The position numbers and the translations under genes were made by a program. A stretch of 55,054 bases of DNA, from contig CANHBC010000003.1 of NCBI GenBank assembly GCA_947458835.1, positions 1-55,054 on the forward strand, read 5' to 3'. The stretch comes from Betaproteobacteria bacterium (GTDB lineage: Bacteria; Pseudomonadota; Gammaproteobacteria; Burkholderiales; CAIKXV01). How positions within the stretch are numbered: the stretch's first letter is position 1; every line of letters starts with the position of its first letter. Under the pieces are notes generated by a model. That model was not told where the DNA came from. It worked only from the letters and a program-made list of their open reading frames with translations, and did no database searches. Shown in pieces: positions 31,767 through 42,139 of the stretch.

Positions 31767-32453
31767 ATGAGGCTGCGGCTCGCGCAGTGCCTGCTGCCGA
31801 TGGCAGCGGGCCTCGCGGCGGGCGGATGCTGGGCACAGGACGCACTGCGCGGCAAGCTGCTCTACCACGATGTCGGACGCCTCTCGGGTTCGGGCGTGAA
31901 CTGCATCGACTGCCACGGTGGCGTGCCAGGCGGATTGCACGGCATCGGCAGGGCGGCCGGCCGGCCGGAGGTGATCGAGGCGGCGATTGCTGCCATCCAC
32001 CAGATGGCGCCGCTTCGCGGCAGGCTAGGTCGGGCAGACCTGCTGGACCTGGCCGCCTACCTCGCCAGGCCCGACGTGCCCAGCCCGGACCTGCGTCCGG
32101 GAACGGTCGGGATCGATGGGGTCTTCGTGCGAGGCGAACGAGTCGCTTTCGAAGTCACGGTGGGCGGAACGGCTGCCGCGACCGTGCGTATCGTCAATGC
32201 GGGCACGATCGCGGTGCGACTGCGCTCGGGGCCGCGGATCGCCGGAGTGCATGCCGGGTTGTTCGATGTCACCGCGAGCGACTGCTCCGCGGGGCTCGAA
32301 CTTGCAGCCGGGCGCGCTTGCAGCATCGCCGTGACTTTTCGTGCAGCGGTGCCGACGGGTGGCTTGCGTAGCGCCAGCCTGGATGTCGGCCACGACTGGG
32401 TGGGTGGCGGTACCGCGCTGGCGCTGATCGGTCACGGGGTTCCCGTGCGCTGA
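31767..32453 (+). CDS. Secreted c-type cytochrome with C-terminal Ig-like (ASH/choice-of-anchor D-like) domain
   Basis: Signal peptide, CIDCH, DLAAYL, then TVRIVNAG...SDCSAGLELAAGRACSIAVTF. Confidence 0.72.
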   Translation: MRLRLAQCLLPMAAGLAAGGCWAQDALRGKLLYHDVGRLSGSGVNCIDCHGGVPGGLHGIGRAAGRPEVIEAAIAAIHQMAPLRGRLGRADLLDLAAYLARPDVPSPDLRPGTVGIDGVFVRGERVAFEVTVGGTAAATVRIVNAGTIAVRLRSGPRIAGVHAGLFDVTASDCSAGLELAAGRACSIAVTFRAAVPTGGLRSASLDVGHDWVGGGTALALIGHGVPVR

Positions 32454-32569
32454 GCGCCGGGCTTTCCGACCAGCCTCGCCGAGGTACGGCGCGCCGGGCT
32501 GGTGCATACTGCGCTGACATCGGCACTGGTCGATGGCCCGTCTCTTGCTTTGCGTCGGAGGTCCTTTCA

Positions 32570-33580
32570 ATGTCATCCAGACTGACCATGATGCTTCGAT
32601 TCCCGTCCTGTCCCGTCCGTATGTCTTCCGCCTCGGCACTTGGCGTGCTCTCCATTGTGGCCGCGGTCGCCCCGGCGCCCGCGGTCGCCCAGTCCTGGCC
32701 CGAAAAGCCGGTGCGCATCGTGGTGCCCTGGGCGCCCGGTGGCAGTACCGACATCGTCGGTCGCATGCTCGCCGCCGACCTCTCCAAGCGGTTCAGCCAG
32801 CAGGTGGTGATCGAGAACCGGGCGGGCGCGGGTTCGATCGTCGGGATGGAGTTCGTGGCTGCTGCGCCGCCCGATGGCTACACCTGGATGCTCACCTCCA
32901 CCGGCTACGGGTTCCTCATCCAGAAGGCCAAGGTCGACCTGGTCAACACGTTCGCACCAGTGGCGATGATCGGCACCAGCGACAGCGCGCTGGTGGTACA
33001 TCCGGCCTTCCCGGTGAACAACGTGAAGGAGCTCATCGCGATCGCTCGCAAGCGTCCCGGCGAGATCAACTTTGCGTCCTCGGGCATCGGGGGCTTCCCG
33101 CACCTGAATACCGAGTTGTTCATGCTGATGTCGAAGACACGGATGACCCACGTGCCGTTCAAGGGTGGCGGGCCGGCGCTCGCCGACAACGTCGCCGGCA
33201 ACTCACAGTTGCAGATCGGCTCACTGCCCGGCGCGCTGCCGTTCATCAAGAGCGGCCGGCTGCGGCTGGTCGCTATGGGCGGGCCGAAGCGCAACCCGGC
33301 CTTCCCGAACGTGCCGACGATCGACGAGTCCGGTCTGCCCGGCTACGAGTCGCAGATCTGGTTCGGCCTGTTCGCGCCGCGCGCGACGCCAGGGAACCTC
33401 ATCGGGCAGATGCACGCCGCGATCAATGCCGTGCTCGAGGCGCCGGACATGGCGCGTCGGCTCGACGAGCAGGGGGTGATGATCTCCCGCCGCACGACCG
33501 CCGAGTTCGCGAAACTGATGGATTCCGAGACCGCGAAGTGGGCAAGGGTGATCAAGGCGGCGAACGTCACCGGCGAGTGA
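32570..33580 (+). CDS. Bug/TctC solute-binding protein
   Basis: WPEKPVRIVVPWAPGGSTD, HVPFKGG. Confidence 0.92.
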   Translation: MSSRLTMMLRFPSCPVRMSSASALGVLSIVAAVAPAPAVAQSWPEKPVRIVVPWAPGGSTDIVGRMLAADLSKRFSQQVVIENRAGAGSIVGMEFVAAAPPDGYTWMLTSTGYGFLIQKAKVDLVNTFAPVAMIGTSDSALVVHPAFPVNNVKELIAIARKRPGEINFASSGIGGFPHLNTELFMLMSKTRMTHVPFKGGGPALADNVAGNSQLQIGSLPGALPFIKSGRLRLVAMGGPKRNPAFPNVPTIDESGLPGYESQIWFGLFAPRATPGNLIGQMHAAINAVLEAPDMARRLDEQGVMISRRTTAEFAKLMDSETAKWARVIKAANVTGE

Positions 33581-33616
33581 TCCGGGGCGGTGCCGTTCGA
33601 CCGTGGGGCGTTTGGG

Positions 33617-34171
33617 TCAGCCGGCAGAAACGCTCGGCAGCCGGACTGGTCCGCCGCGCACGGCCGTGATGCGCTGGACCATCGCCGGCTTGGGCGTGGT
33701 GGCCTCCCCCTGTTCGAAGGCGACCACGGCCAGCCCCGGGAACGCCTGCAGGAGTTCGCCCGGCCGCAGCAGGAAGTCCGGGTTGCTCGGCCGGCCGAAG
33801 CGTTCGTTGCCGAGCATGAAGGTCTCGTAGATCAGCAGTCCGCCATCGTCCAGAGCGCTGGCGATCACCGGGAACAGCGGACGATGCAGGTAGTGGGTGA
33901 CCACGATCGCCGCAAAGCGTCGGTTGCCCAGCGGCCAGGTGCTGCCATCCTCGAGGTCGGCCCGGATGAACTCGACGCCGGGCAGTTCGAGCGGTTGGCG
34001 GTCGACCGCCACGACCGGCAGTCCGCGCCCGGCGAACCATGAGGCGTGGCGGCCGCTGCCGCAGGCGAGGTCGAGGACCGGCCCCAGGGTGACCAGCGCG
34101 CCCCAGCGAGCTACCCAGGGGGACGGGTGGCTGGCACCGGAGAGGGTCGTGGCGGGGAGGATCGGTTGCAT
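33617..34171 (-). CDS. Class I SAM-dependent methyltransferase
   Basis: VLDLACGSGRH, YLHRPLF, LIYETF. Confidence 0.85.
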   Translation of the reverse strand: MQPILPATTLSGASHPSPWVARWGALVTLGPVLDLACGSGRHASWFAGRGLPVVAVDRQPLELPGVEFIRADLEDGSTWPLGNRRFAAIVVTHYLHRPLFPVIASALDDGGLLIYETFMLGNERFGRPSNPDFLLRPGELLQAFPGLAVVAFEQGEATTPKPAMVQRITAVRGGPVRLPSVSAG

Positions 34172-34272
34172 GTGTGAGGCTGCGTCTGGCCGGATCATAA
34201 ACCCGGCGGCGTTCCGCCCAGGTCGTTCGCATGCATCGCACCCTCCCGTGTCGAAGGGCACGCCAGAACGAA

Positions 34273-34302
34273 GAAAGGCGCCGCGTTTCCGCGGCGCCTT
34301 TC
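34273..34302 (-). terminator. Rho-independent terminator
   Basis: GAAAGGCGCCGCG-TTTC-CGCGGCGCCTTTC 13-bp stem just downstream of the minus-strand VPLPA gene. Confidence 0.8.
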
Positions 34303-34325
34303 GACGCTTCCGATGTCGCCCGGGA

Positions 34326-34904
34326 TCAGGCGGCAGCGCGCTTGCGACGCGAGATCACGCCGAGGCCGGCCATGCCTGACAGCATCAGCCACGCACCCGC
34401 CGGCAGCGGTACGACCGTCGCCCGCGTGTCGTAGAACGAGATGTGGGACAGGTCCCTGCCCTCGGGCGTGTTGAACGAGAACACCTGGCTGCCGCCGAAG
34501 TAGGTCGGGGTCAGTGAGTACACCAGGTATCCGTTGCCAGCCTTCGAGGCGAAGGCCGTGATGCCAGGGCCGGCCCCCTGCGGATCGTAGCGCCAGGTCC
34601 TGTTGACGGCGTCGATCGTGAACCAGGAAGCGAGGAGGCCCGGGAACACGCTCGTGTTGAGCTCGACGCCATTCGTAGCCAGCGAACCATCACTATTGAA
34701 GTCGAACTTGGCGATGATCGGCGACCCGTTGAGCTCACAACGCGAGAATCCGCCCTGGCAGTCGTTTCCAGGGAATACGTTGGTCGTCGACGAGAACGGG
34801 ACCAGGGTCGAGACCACGGCAGCTTGGGCGCGGTCAGCAATGCCACCCAGCGAAAGGGCCAGGGTGACGGCGGCGGCGAGTGAGGCCAGTTTGAACGATT
34901 TCAT
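34326..34904 (-). CDS. VPLPA-CTERM (PEP-CTERM variant) exosortase-target protein
   Basis: Signal peptide; C-terminal VVPLPAGAWLMLSGMAGLGVISRRKR. Confidence 0.9.
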   Translation of the reverse strand: MKSFKLASLAAAVTLALSLGGIADRAQAAVVSTLVPFSSTTNVFPGNDCQGGFSRCELNGSPIIAKFDFNSDGSLATNGVELNTSVFPGLLASWFTIDAVNRTWRYDPQGAGPGITAFASKAGNGYLVYSLTPTYFGGSQVFSFNTPEGRDLSHISFYDTRATVVPLPAGAWLMLSGMAGLGVISRRKRAAA

Positions 34905-35016
34905 GGGAATCCTCTGCGGCGGGTTGAAGGGGAAGAGGTTCTTCATCGAACTGGTCCGACGGGGTTGGTGGGTCGGCCAGCTGGTCAATGGATACTACGG
35001 ACGCTGCCTGCGCTTT

Positions 35017-35072
35017 GCGATAGTCCGAAAGTACCCATCGAGGGGGGCGTTTTAGTCCTTTCGGACTATCGC
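35017..35072. promoter_or_regulatory. TAGTCC-N4-GGACTA operator plus degenerate copy, forming a 15-bp inverted repeat
   Basis: GCGATAGTCCGAAAG (35017-35031) and CTTTCGGACTATCGC (35058-35072); palindrome TAGTCCTTTCGGACTA at 35053-35068. Confidence 0.7.
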
Positions 35073-35309
35073 CAGGGGCCGATCGGCCCATTTCCGCGCT
35101 CCGTCAACGCTCAACGGGCCGGTCCCGGCTGTCCGGCCCCCGCGGGCATGCCCGGTCGGTTCACGCCCTGGACGCAGGTTGCGAGGTGGCCGGTGATCGG
35201 CGCGGCAAGGACGATACGCGGTTGCCCGACCGGCTGTCGCAGGTGCCGATGGGGTTCCCGGGGATGGCCTTGCGGGGCGGGCAGGCCAGCCGCGGGATGG
35301 CTCTTCCGG

Positions 35310-35561
35310 CTAGCGGCGTGCGCCGCGTGCAGCACGCGCGCGCGCGCGTGTGCGGTACACCATCGAGTAGAACCCGGTGAACATCAGGATCGGCCAGAGG
35401 AAAAGGCTCACCGCGATCCACATCGTCCGCCCGTCCATCGGACCGCGCTCGCCGCCCTGGGCGCGTGTGGTGCTGCCCTCGCTGAACAGGTGGCGGTTCG
35501 AGTAGGTGGCCAGGCCGAACAGGGCTCCGACGACGAGGAAGGAAACGATCAGGGGATTCAT
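35310..35561 (-). CDS. Small membrane protein (2 TM)
   Basis: MNPLIVSFLVVGALFG...MWIAVSLFLWPILMFTG. GGAG RBS. Confidence 0.7.
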   Translation of the reverse strand: MNPLIVSFLVVGALFGLATYSNRHLFSEGSTTRAQGGERGPMDGRTMWIAVSLFLWPILMFTGFYSMVYRTRARARAARGARR

Positions 35562-35692
35562 GGGGACTCCGGTACGTGGGAGGTCCCAGTGTCCACATAT
35601 TCGGACAGGCGTACAACCGCTCATGGTTTACACCTGTCGACGAGCGGACCGTCGGTGGCCCGAGTGTGGCATCCGCGATACTGCGCCGGTGG

Positions 35693-36682
35693 TCACTCCA
35701 CCTTGATGTTCGCCGCCGCCACGATCTTCCGGAACTTCTCAACCTCGCTGCGGATATGTGCGTCGAACTGCTCGGGCGACAGCGGCGCCGGCTCGGCTCC
35801 GAGCGCGGCCAGCCGGGCCTTGATGTCGGGTAGCGCCATCGAGCGGACGATCTCCTGGTTCAGCTGGGCGACGATCGCGCGCGGCGTGCCGGCCGTGGTC
35901 AGGATGCCGAACCACGGATCGAACACGTAGCCCTTCACGCCGGACTCGCCGATGGTCGGCACGTCGGGCAGGGCGCTCGCACGGGCACCGGTCGTGGTGG
36001 CGATCGCCAGCAGCTTGCCGGTGTTGACCAGCGGGACCACGTTCAGGATCGGCGACAGGTTGAAGGTGATGGTGCCGGTCATGGCCGCGGTCATCGCCTC
36101 CGGGATGCCCTTGAACGGCACGTGCGTGACGTCGATGCCGGCGAGGTTCTTCATCAGTTCGCCGGCCAGGTGGTTGGCGCTGCCGATGCCGGGCGTGGAG
36201 TAGGTGAGGGTGCCCGGCTTCGCGCGGGCGAGGGCGATGATGTCCTTCACGGACCGGATGCCGGAGGCGGGCGATACGACCAGGATGCTGGGCACGTTGG
36301 CAAAGCGGGTGATGCCCGAGAAGTCCTTCAGCGTGTCGTAGGGCAGGCTCTTGTAGAGCGCGGCCGAGACTGCATGGCCGGCGGAGACCGACAGCAGTGT
36401 CTGTCCGTCGGGCGAGGCTTTCGCGACGATCTCGGCGGCGACGATGCCGCCGGCGCTGGGGCGGTTGTCGACGATCACCGGCTGGCCCCAGGCCTCGGTC
36501 ATCCGCTGGCCGGCGATGCGCGGCAGGAGGTCGGCGGTGCTGCCGGCGGAGAAGCCGACGAGGATGCGGATCGGCCGCTTCGGATAGTCGGGCGCGGGCT
36601 GGGCCTGCGCCTGCGCGGAGATCAGCGTGAGCGCGGCGAGCGCCGCGACAGTCATCGGGCACGACGGGGACACTCGCTTCAT
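35693..36682 (-). CDS. Bug/TctC solute-binding protein
   Basis: YPKRPIRILVGFSAGSTAD, HVPFKG. Confidence 0.92.
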   Translation of the reverse strand: MKRVSPSCPMTVAALAALTLISAQAQAQPAPDYPKRPIRILVGFSAGSTADLLPRIAGQRMTEAWGQPVIVDNRPSAGGIVAAEIVAKASPDGQTLLSVSAGHAVSAALYKSLPYDTLKDFSGITRFANVPSILVVSPASGIRSVKDIIALARAKPGTLTYSTPGIGSANHLAGELMKNLAGIDVTHVPFKGIPEAMTAAMTGTITFNLSPILNVVPLVNTGKLLAIATTTGARASALPDVPTIGESGVKGYVFDPWFGILTTAGTPRAIVAQLNQEIVRSMALPDIKARLAALGAEPAPLSPEQFDAHIRSEVEKFRKIVAAANIKVE

Positions 36683-36767
36683 GCAGGCGCTCCGGGCAAG
36701 GACCAGCCCGAAGCATAGACTGCCGCATCGCCGGCCGCCACCACGCCCGCCGGCGCAGTCCGCCCCC

Positions 36768-37622
36768 TCAGCCGGCAGGCTTGCGCGCCACCATCAGCCG
36801 GTAGCGCACCGCGCCGCACAGCTGCAGCAGTTCCAGCGTGCGCCCACCGATGTCGGCCTGTTCGCGCAGGTCAAGCCCGAGCAGGCCGAGCCAGGCCGCA
36901 CGTCGCTGCAGCCTGGCACGCAGCGCGCGCAGCTCGCCCGGTTCGCCGAGCAGGATCAACCCGGTCAGGTCGCGATCGTCGACCAGCTGCAGCCCGGTCG
37001 CTTCGATCGCCGCGCGCCAGTCTGCGGCAGGCGGTGCGACCGGGCAGCGCCACATGCGCTTGAACAGCGCGAGCTCCGACGCATCGGCTGGCGACAGCCC
37101 CGGCTCGGGCATGTCGTCGACGATCACGAGGTAGCCGCCGCGGTCCAGGTGGCCGGCCAGGTTGCCGATGCTGCGCGCCGGGTCGGGCGAATGGATCAGC
37201 GATTCGATCGCCACGACCAGGTCGAACGGCCCGGGCAACGCATCGTCGTAGCTGCGGCATTCGAAGCGCAGCTGCCCGGCGAGGCTGCGGCGCGAGGCTT
37301 CCGCACCCGCGCGGTCGACCTGCACCGGGCTGAGCGTGATGCCCAGCCAGTCGCCGCCGATCACCGGCTGCAGGTCGAAGGCGGTTGCACCGTAGCCGCA
37401 GCCGGCATCGAGTACGCGCGGGTGCGCTGGCAGCGACACCTGCTCGAGCATCAGCCGGTGCACCACCGACGCGCTCGGCGGGCCTCCCGCCGGGTCACGA
37501 AGCGCGCGATGGATCGGCTGCGTCTGGCTGCCGGTCTGTTCGCGCACCGCGCGCAGCGGCGCGAACCGGTCGAGCCAGGCGTAGTAGCGCGCGATGCGGC
37601 GGGCGTGGGACGTCATCGCCAT
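36768..37622 (-). CDS. SAM-dependent methyltransferase
   Basis: VLDAGCGYG, GITLSPVQ, FDLVVAIESLIH. Confidence 0.85.
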   Translation of the reverse strand: MAMTSHARRIARYYAWLDRFAPLRAVREQTGSQTQPIHRALRDPAGGPPSASVVHRLMLEQVSLPAHPRVLDAGCGYGATAFDLQPVIGGDWLGITLSPVQVDRAGAEASRRSLAGQLRFECRSYDDALPGPFDLVVAIESLIHSPDPARSIGNLAGHLDRGGYLVIVDDMPEPGLSPADASELALFKRMWRCPVAPPAADWRAAIEATGLQLVDDRDLTGLILLGEPGELRALRARLQRRAAWLGLLGLDLREQADIGGRTLELLQLCGAVRYRLMVARKPAG

Positions 37623-37655
37623 GGGTATGGAGGTCGGTTCGGGAAGTCCGGCACG

Positions 37656-37904
37656 CTAGTAGTGCGGTGGGACTTCCTCCCCCGGGTGGCCGGCCGGCGC
37701 GTCCGGGTCCGACATCGATTCGACCTGCCGGCGCAGTCGCAGCAGCTCGCGCGCGAGGGCCTCGAGCTGCTGCTGCTGGCGTGCGACGGTGCGGTTGAGC
37801 TCATCCACCAGGTCGTCGGTGAAGCTCGCCTTCACCTCGAGCGTGACCAGGCGTTCGTCCGTCCCCGTGCCCTCGGCACCCACGTCGGTTTGCGCGGTAC
37901 CCAT
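37656..37904 (-). CDS. slyX: SlyX family protein
   Basis: ERLVTLEVKASFTDDLVDELN...EEVPPHY. Confidence 0.9.
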   Translation of the reverse strand: MGTAQTDVGAEGTGTDERLVTLEVKASFTDDLVDELNRTVARQQQQLEALARELLRLRRQVESMSDPDAPAGHPGEEVPPHY

Positions 37905-38677
37905 CAGTGGTTGATGTAGCCGCCGTCGACGCAGATGTCCTCGCCCTGCAGGAAAGGCGGCGCGTCGGTGGCCAGGAAGAAAGCGACATCGGCGATCTCG
38001 CCGGGCTCGCCCAGCCGGCCGAGCGGCACGTACTGGCTGATCCGGCGGGCCATTTCCTCGGGTTCGGTACGCAGCCGATCCATCAGCGGCTGGGTCTTGA
38101 TCGGGCCCGGGCTGACCGAGTTGACCAGGATGTTGTGCTTGCCCAGTTCGTAGGCCATCGACTTGGTGAGGTGCAGCAGCGCGGCCTTGGTCAGGCCGTA
38201 GAGGGCGCGTTTGGCGTAGGTGACGTGTCCGAGCTGGCTGGCGATGTGGATGATGCGTCCGCCGCCCTGCGCCTTCATGATCGGCACCACGGCCTGGCTG
38301 GCGAAGAAGGGGGTGGCGATATTGACGTTGACCACGGCGTCGAACTGCGCCCGGGTGTAGTCGCCGAAGTCGAACGGTGCGCGGATGCCGGCGTTGTTCA
38401 CCAGCACGTCGATGCGGCCGAAACGCGCGTGCGCATCTGCGATCATCGCCTCCGCGTTGCCCGGGATCGACAGGTCGAAGATGCCGTATTCGATCCGACC
38501 CGCCTCGGGGAAGGCCCGACACTCGGCCTGCGCGGTCTCGAGCTGTTCCTTCGTGCCTTCGGCCACGAGGAATACCGACGCCCCGGCCTCGGCGAACCGC
38601 CTGGCGATGGTGTTGCCGATGCCGTGCTGGGTGGATGCGCCGGTCACGACGCAGAAGCGGCCCTTCATCGATGCCAT
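37904..38677 (-). CDS. SDR-family oxidoreductase
   Basis: TGASTQHGIG, NNAG, YGLTK. Confidence 0.9.
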   Translation of the reverse strand: MASMKGRFCVVTGASTQHGIGNTIARRFAEAGASVFLVAEGTKEQLETAQAECRAFPEAGRIEYGIFDLSIPGNAEAMIADAHARFGRIDVLVNNAGIRAPFDFGDYTRAQFDAVVNVNIATPFFASQAVVPIMKAQGGGRIIHIASQLGHVTYAKRALYGLTKAALLHLTKSMAYELGKHNILVNSVSPGPIKTQPLMDRLRTEPEEMARRISQYVPLGRLGEPGEIADVAFFLATDAPPFLQGEDICVDGGYINH

Positions 38678-38930
38678 GTTGTCTCCCTGGATCAGCGGGC
38701 CGCCACGAGTTCGCGCGTCCGGATTTCGACCTGCTCGTCGCGGGCTGCGCATTGGCACAGCCCGCGACGCTGCGCGAATGTAGCGCAATCGTCGACGGTG
38801 TCGAGGATCCGGAAGGCGGCCGGCTTCGCGACGGGGCCAGCGGCCCGTCCGGCGCTATCATCCATGGTCATCAGGGGCCGATGCACCGCAGCCCGCCAGA
38901 GGCGGCGGCCGGCCCCGCGGAGACACGCCC

Positions 38931-41078
38931 ATGGACGAACAGGCAAGAGCCTGGTGGCAGGGGCCCAACCGGGTCCTTCTGATCAACCTGCGCGAGGGCG
39001 ACGAGCCGCGCATCGACGCCGAGGCGCTGGTGGCCGACGCGAAGCGCTTCTCCGCGACGGCGTTCTGCATCAGCGGCGGGGGCATCGTCGCCTTCTACCA
39101 GACGAAGATCGACGGCCACCGGATCAGCAGCGGGCTCGACGGGCGCGACCTGCTCGCGGAGATCGTGCCGGTCGCGCATCGCGAAGGGCTGCACGTGCTG
39201 GCGCGCATCGACCCGAGCTGCGCGCCGAAGGTGCTGGCCGAGCGCCATCCCGAGTGGTTCACCCGCGACCGCGACGGCAACCTGTGCGAGGTCAGCGAGC
39301 ATTACGTGACCTGCCCGAGTGGCCCCTACTACCGCGAACGCATGGTCGAGGTGGTGACCGAGATCCTCACCCGCCACCCGGTGGACGGCATCTGGAACAA
39401 CGCCGGCAAGTTCGGCGCATGGGACACCACGGTCTGCTACTGCGACTCCTGCCGCACCTCGTTCCGGGCGTTCGCGGATGCGGACATCCCGCTCGAGGAG
39501 GACTGGGAGGACCCGACCTGGCGCCGGTTCAACGAATGGCGGTACCGGCAGATCGCAGACTGGGTCCGCCTGATGCACCGGGCGATCCATGCGGCCAACC
39601 CGGCCGCGATCTTCATCTCGGCGGTGCAGCTGATGGAATCGCTCGAGACGATCCAGATCGGCGGCTGGGACATCGACTACTGGCTCGATGGCCAGGACGT
39701 GCTGACCTTCGAGTGCCAGCGTCGCAATACCGCGCCGTGGTGGCCGGGCATCCAGGCGAAGTATCTCGCATCGCTGGGGCCGGACCGTCCGCGCTGGATG
39801 ACGGTCAGCTACTTCTATCCGTGGTGGCGTCTGTCCGCGACGCCCGAGGCGGAGAACCGCGCCTGGATCGCGCAGCAGTTCGCCAACGGGGTATCGAGCT
39901 GGCTGCACATCAACGGCGGCTACTCGCCGCTGTTCGATCGCCGCGCGCTGGAGCCCATGCGCGAGGTGTTCGCCCGGCTGGCGCGCTGGGAGCCGTACTT
40001 CGACGGTGCGCGCTCGGTGGCGCAGGTGGCGGTGGTGTTCTCCCGCCACACCCAGGACAACTACGGCCGTGGCAAGCCGGGGCCGCGCTACTTCGATCCG
40101 GTGCGTGGTACCTACTGCGCGCTGCAGGAGGCGCACATCCCGTTCGACATGCTCTCCGACAAGTTCGTCGATGCGGCGGCGCTCGCGCGCTACCGGGCGA
40201 TCGTGCTGCCCAACGCAGCCTGCCTGGCCGATGCGGTGGTCGATGCGCTGGTCGAGTACGTGAAGGGTGGCGGTGCCATCGTCTGCAGCTTCGAGACCGG
40301 TCGCTACGACATCGAGGGGCATCCGGTCGATCGGCCGGCGCTGGATGACCTGCTCGGCGCCCGGCGTACCGGCGTGCGGCGGGACCTGAAGTCGTCCTAC
40401 GCGAAGCTCGAACAGCGCGACGACCCGCTGCTCGATGGCATCGGCGACACCGATCTGCTGCCCAACGACGGAGCGCTGGTCGAGCTGGCGATGGAGCCCG
40501 GTGCGGCACGCGCGGTGCCGCTGACCTTGATCCCGCCGGTGATCGCGCACTCGGGCGCGACCATCAGCATCCCTGAGTACAGCGCGATCGGCAGCGGCAC
40601 CGACATCCCGGTGGCGCTGCGCGGCGGCTTCGGCGCCGGGCGGGTCGTGTACTTCGCCAACCAGGTCGACGCCCTGTTCTATCACTACGGGTTCCCGGAC
40701 CTGGGGCGCGTGCTGGCCAACGCGGTCTCCTGGGCGATCGGCGAGGCGCGCGAACTGCGCATCGACGCGCCCGACCATGTCGACTGCACGCACATGCGCC
40801 AGTCAATGTCGCGCGGGCGGCGTGACCTGGTGCACCTGGTGAACTTCCCGGTGGGCAAGCACCTCAATACCGGCTGGCGCCACCCGGGCACGTCGATCCA
40901 TCCGGTGTCCGACATCCGGGTGGCCCTGCGCTGCGCGGCGGGCGAGCGACTGCGCGCGGTGCGGCTGGCCTCCACGGGCGCCGTGCTCGCGCCGACCCTC
41001 GCCGATGGTTGGGCGGAGGTGCGGGTGGACCGGCTGGATGACCATGACATCGTCGTGTTCGAGTTCGAACAGACATGA
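38931..41078 (+). CDS. GHL6/GH42-like TIM-barrel hydrolase with beta-galactosidase trimerisation-like domain
   Basis: HPEW, VDGIW, CYCDSC, HIPFDML, YRAIVLPN, YVKGGG. No signal peptide. Confidence 0.75.
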   Translation: MDEQARAWWQGPNRVLLINLREGDEPRIDAEALVADAKRFSATAFCISGGGIVAFYQTKIDGHRISSGLDGRDLLAEIVPVAHREGLHVLARIDPSCAPKVLAERHPEWFTRDRDGNLCEVSEHYVTCPSGPYYRERMVEVVTEILTRHPVDGIWNNAGKFGAWDTTVCYCDSCRTSFRAFADADIPLEEDWEDPTWRRFNEWRYRQIADWVRLMHRAIHAANPAAIFISAVQLMESLETIQIGGWDIDYWLDGQDVLTFECQRRNTAPWWPGIQAKYLASLGPDRPRWMTVSYFYPWWRLSATPEAENRAWIAQQFANGVSSWLHINGGYSPLFDRRALEPMREVFARLARWEPYFDGARSVAQVAVVFSRHTQDNYGRGKPGPRYFDPVRGTYCALQEAHIPFDMLSDKFVDAAALARYRAIVLPNAACLADAVVDALVEYVKGGGAIVCSFETGRYDIEGHPVDRPALDDLLGARRTGVRRDLKSSYAKLEQRDDPLLDGIGDTDLLPNDGALVELAMEPGAARAVPLTLIPPVIAHSGATISIPEYSAIGSGTDIPVALRGGFGAGRVVYFANQVDALFYHYGFPDLGRVLANAVSWAIGEARELRIDAPDHVDCTHMRQSMSRGRRDLVHLVNFPVGKHLNTGWRHPGTSIHPVSDIRVALRCAAGERLRAVRLASTGAVLAPTLADGWAEVRVDRLDDHDIVVFEFEQT

Positions 41079-41104
41079 AGCAAAACCACTGGAGGAGTTC
41101 CCGG

Positions 41105-42121
41105 ATGAAGCAGCAGATGACATCGATGCCGGCCGCCTTCGCGGGCACCGGGACCGCACTGGCCGCCGCAGCCGTGGGCCTTGTCTCGGCCTGCGTGGCC
41201 GGGGACGCGCTTGCGCAGTCGGCCACCTATCCGACCCGGCCGATCCGCATGATCGTTCCGCTGCCTGCCGGCGGCCCCACCGACATTCTTGCGCGCCTGG
41301 TCGCGATGCCGCTGCAGGACCGTATCGGCCAGCCGGTGGTGGTCGACAACCGGCCCGGTGCCAGTGGCAACATCGGCGCCGAGATGGCCGCCCGGGCCGC
41401 ACCGGACGGCCACACGCTGTTCGCTGGCACCTCCGGGCCCCTCGCCAACAACGTGAGCCTGTTCACGAAGCTGCCGTTCGACCCGGTGCGTGACTTCGCG
41501 CCGATCGCACTGGTGGCCACCGCTCCGTTCGTGCTCGCGGTGAATCCGTCGGTGCCGGTCACCTCGGTCAAGGAGTTCATCGCCTATGCCAAGGCGCGCC
41601 CTGGCAAGCTCAACTACGGGGCGGTACCGGGCGCGGCGGCCCACCTGGCCACCGAGATGTTCCGCATGCTCTCGGGCATCGATGCGGTGCATGTGCCGTA
41701 CAAGGGGGCCGGTCCGGCCACCACCGACGTGATCTCCGGGCAGATCCAGTTCACCTTCGCATCGACGCCAGGGGCGATCCCGTTCGTCAAGACCGGCAAG
41801 CTGCGCGCGCTCGGCGTCACCAGCCCGAAGCGCGTGTCCGGCGCGCCCGACCTTCCGACCATCGCCGAAGGCGGCGGTCCCGCGATGTCGGCGCAGGTCT
41901 GGTACGGCGTGGTCGCCCCGGCACGCACCCCGCGTGAGATCGTGCAGCGCCTCTACAGCGAGATCGACCAGATCGTGAAGCAGCCTGCGACACGGGAGCG
42001 GATGTTGCAGAACGATTTCGAGCCGGCGATCATGGATCCGCAGGCTTTCGGCGCCTTCATCCGGTCGGAGATCGCGACCTGGGCCAAGGTGGTGAAGGCC
42101 GCAGGCATCAAGGCAGAGTGA
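41105..42121 (+). CDS. Bug/TctC solute-binding protein
   Basis: YPTRPIRMIVPLPAGGPTD, HVPYKG. GGAGGAG RBS before ATG 41105. Confidence 0.92.
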   Translation: MKQQMTSMPAAFAGTGTALAAAAVGLVSACVAGDALAQSATYPTRPIRMIVPLPAGGPTDILARLVAMPLQDRIGQPVVVDNRPGASGNIGAEMAARAAPDGHTLFAGTSGPLANNVSLFTKLPFDPVRDFAPIALVATAPFVLAVNPSVPVTSVKEFIAYAKARPGKLNYGAVPGAAAHLATEMFRMLSGIDAVHVPYKGAGPATTDVISGQIQFTFASTPGAIPFVKTGKLRALGVTSPKRVSGAPDLPTIAEGGGPAMSAQVWYGVVAPARTPREIVQRLYSEIDQIVKQPATRERMLQNDFEPAIMDPQAFGAFIRSEIATWAKVVKAAGIKAE

Positions 42122-42139
42122 CCGACAGGAATCTTCCCG

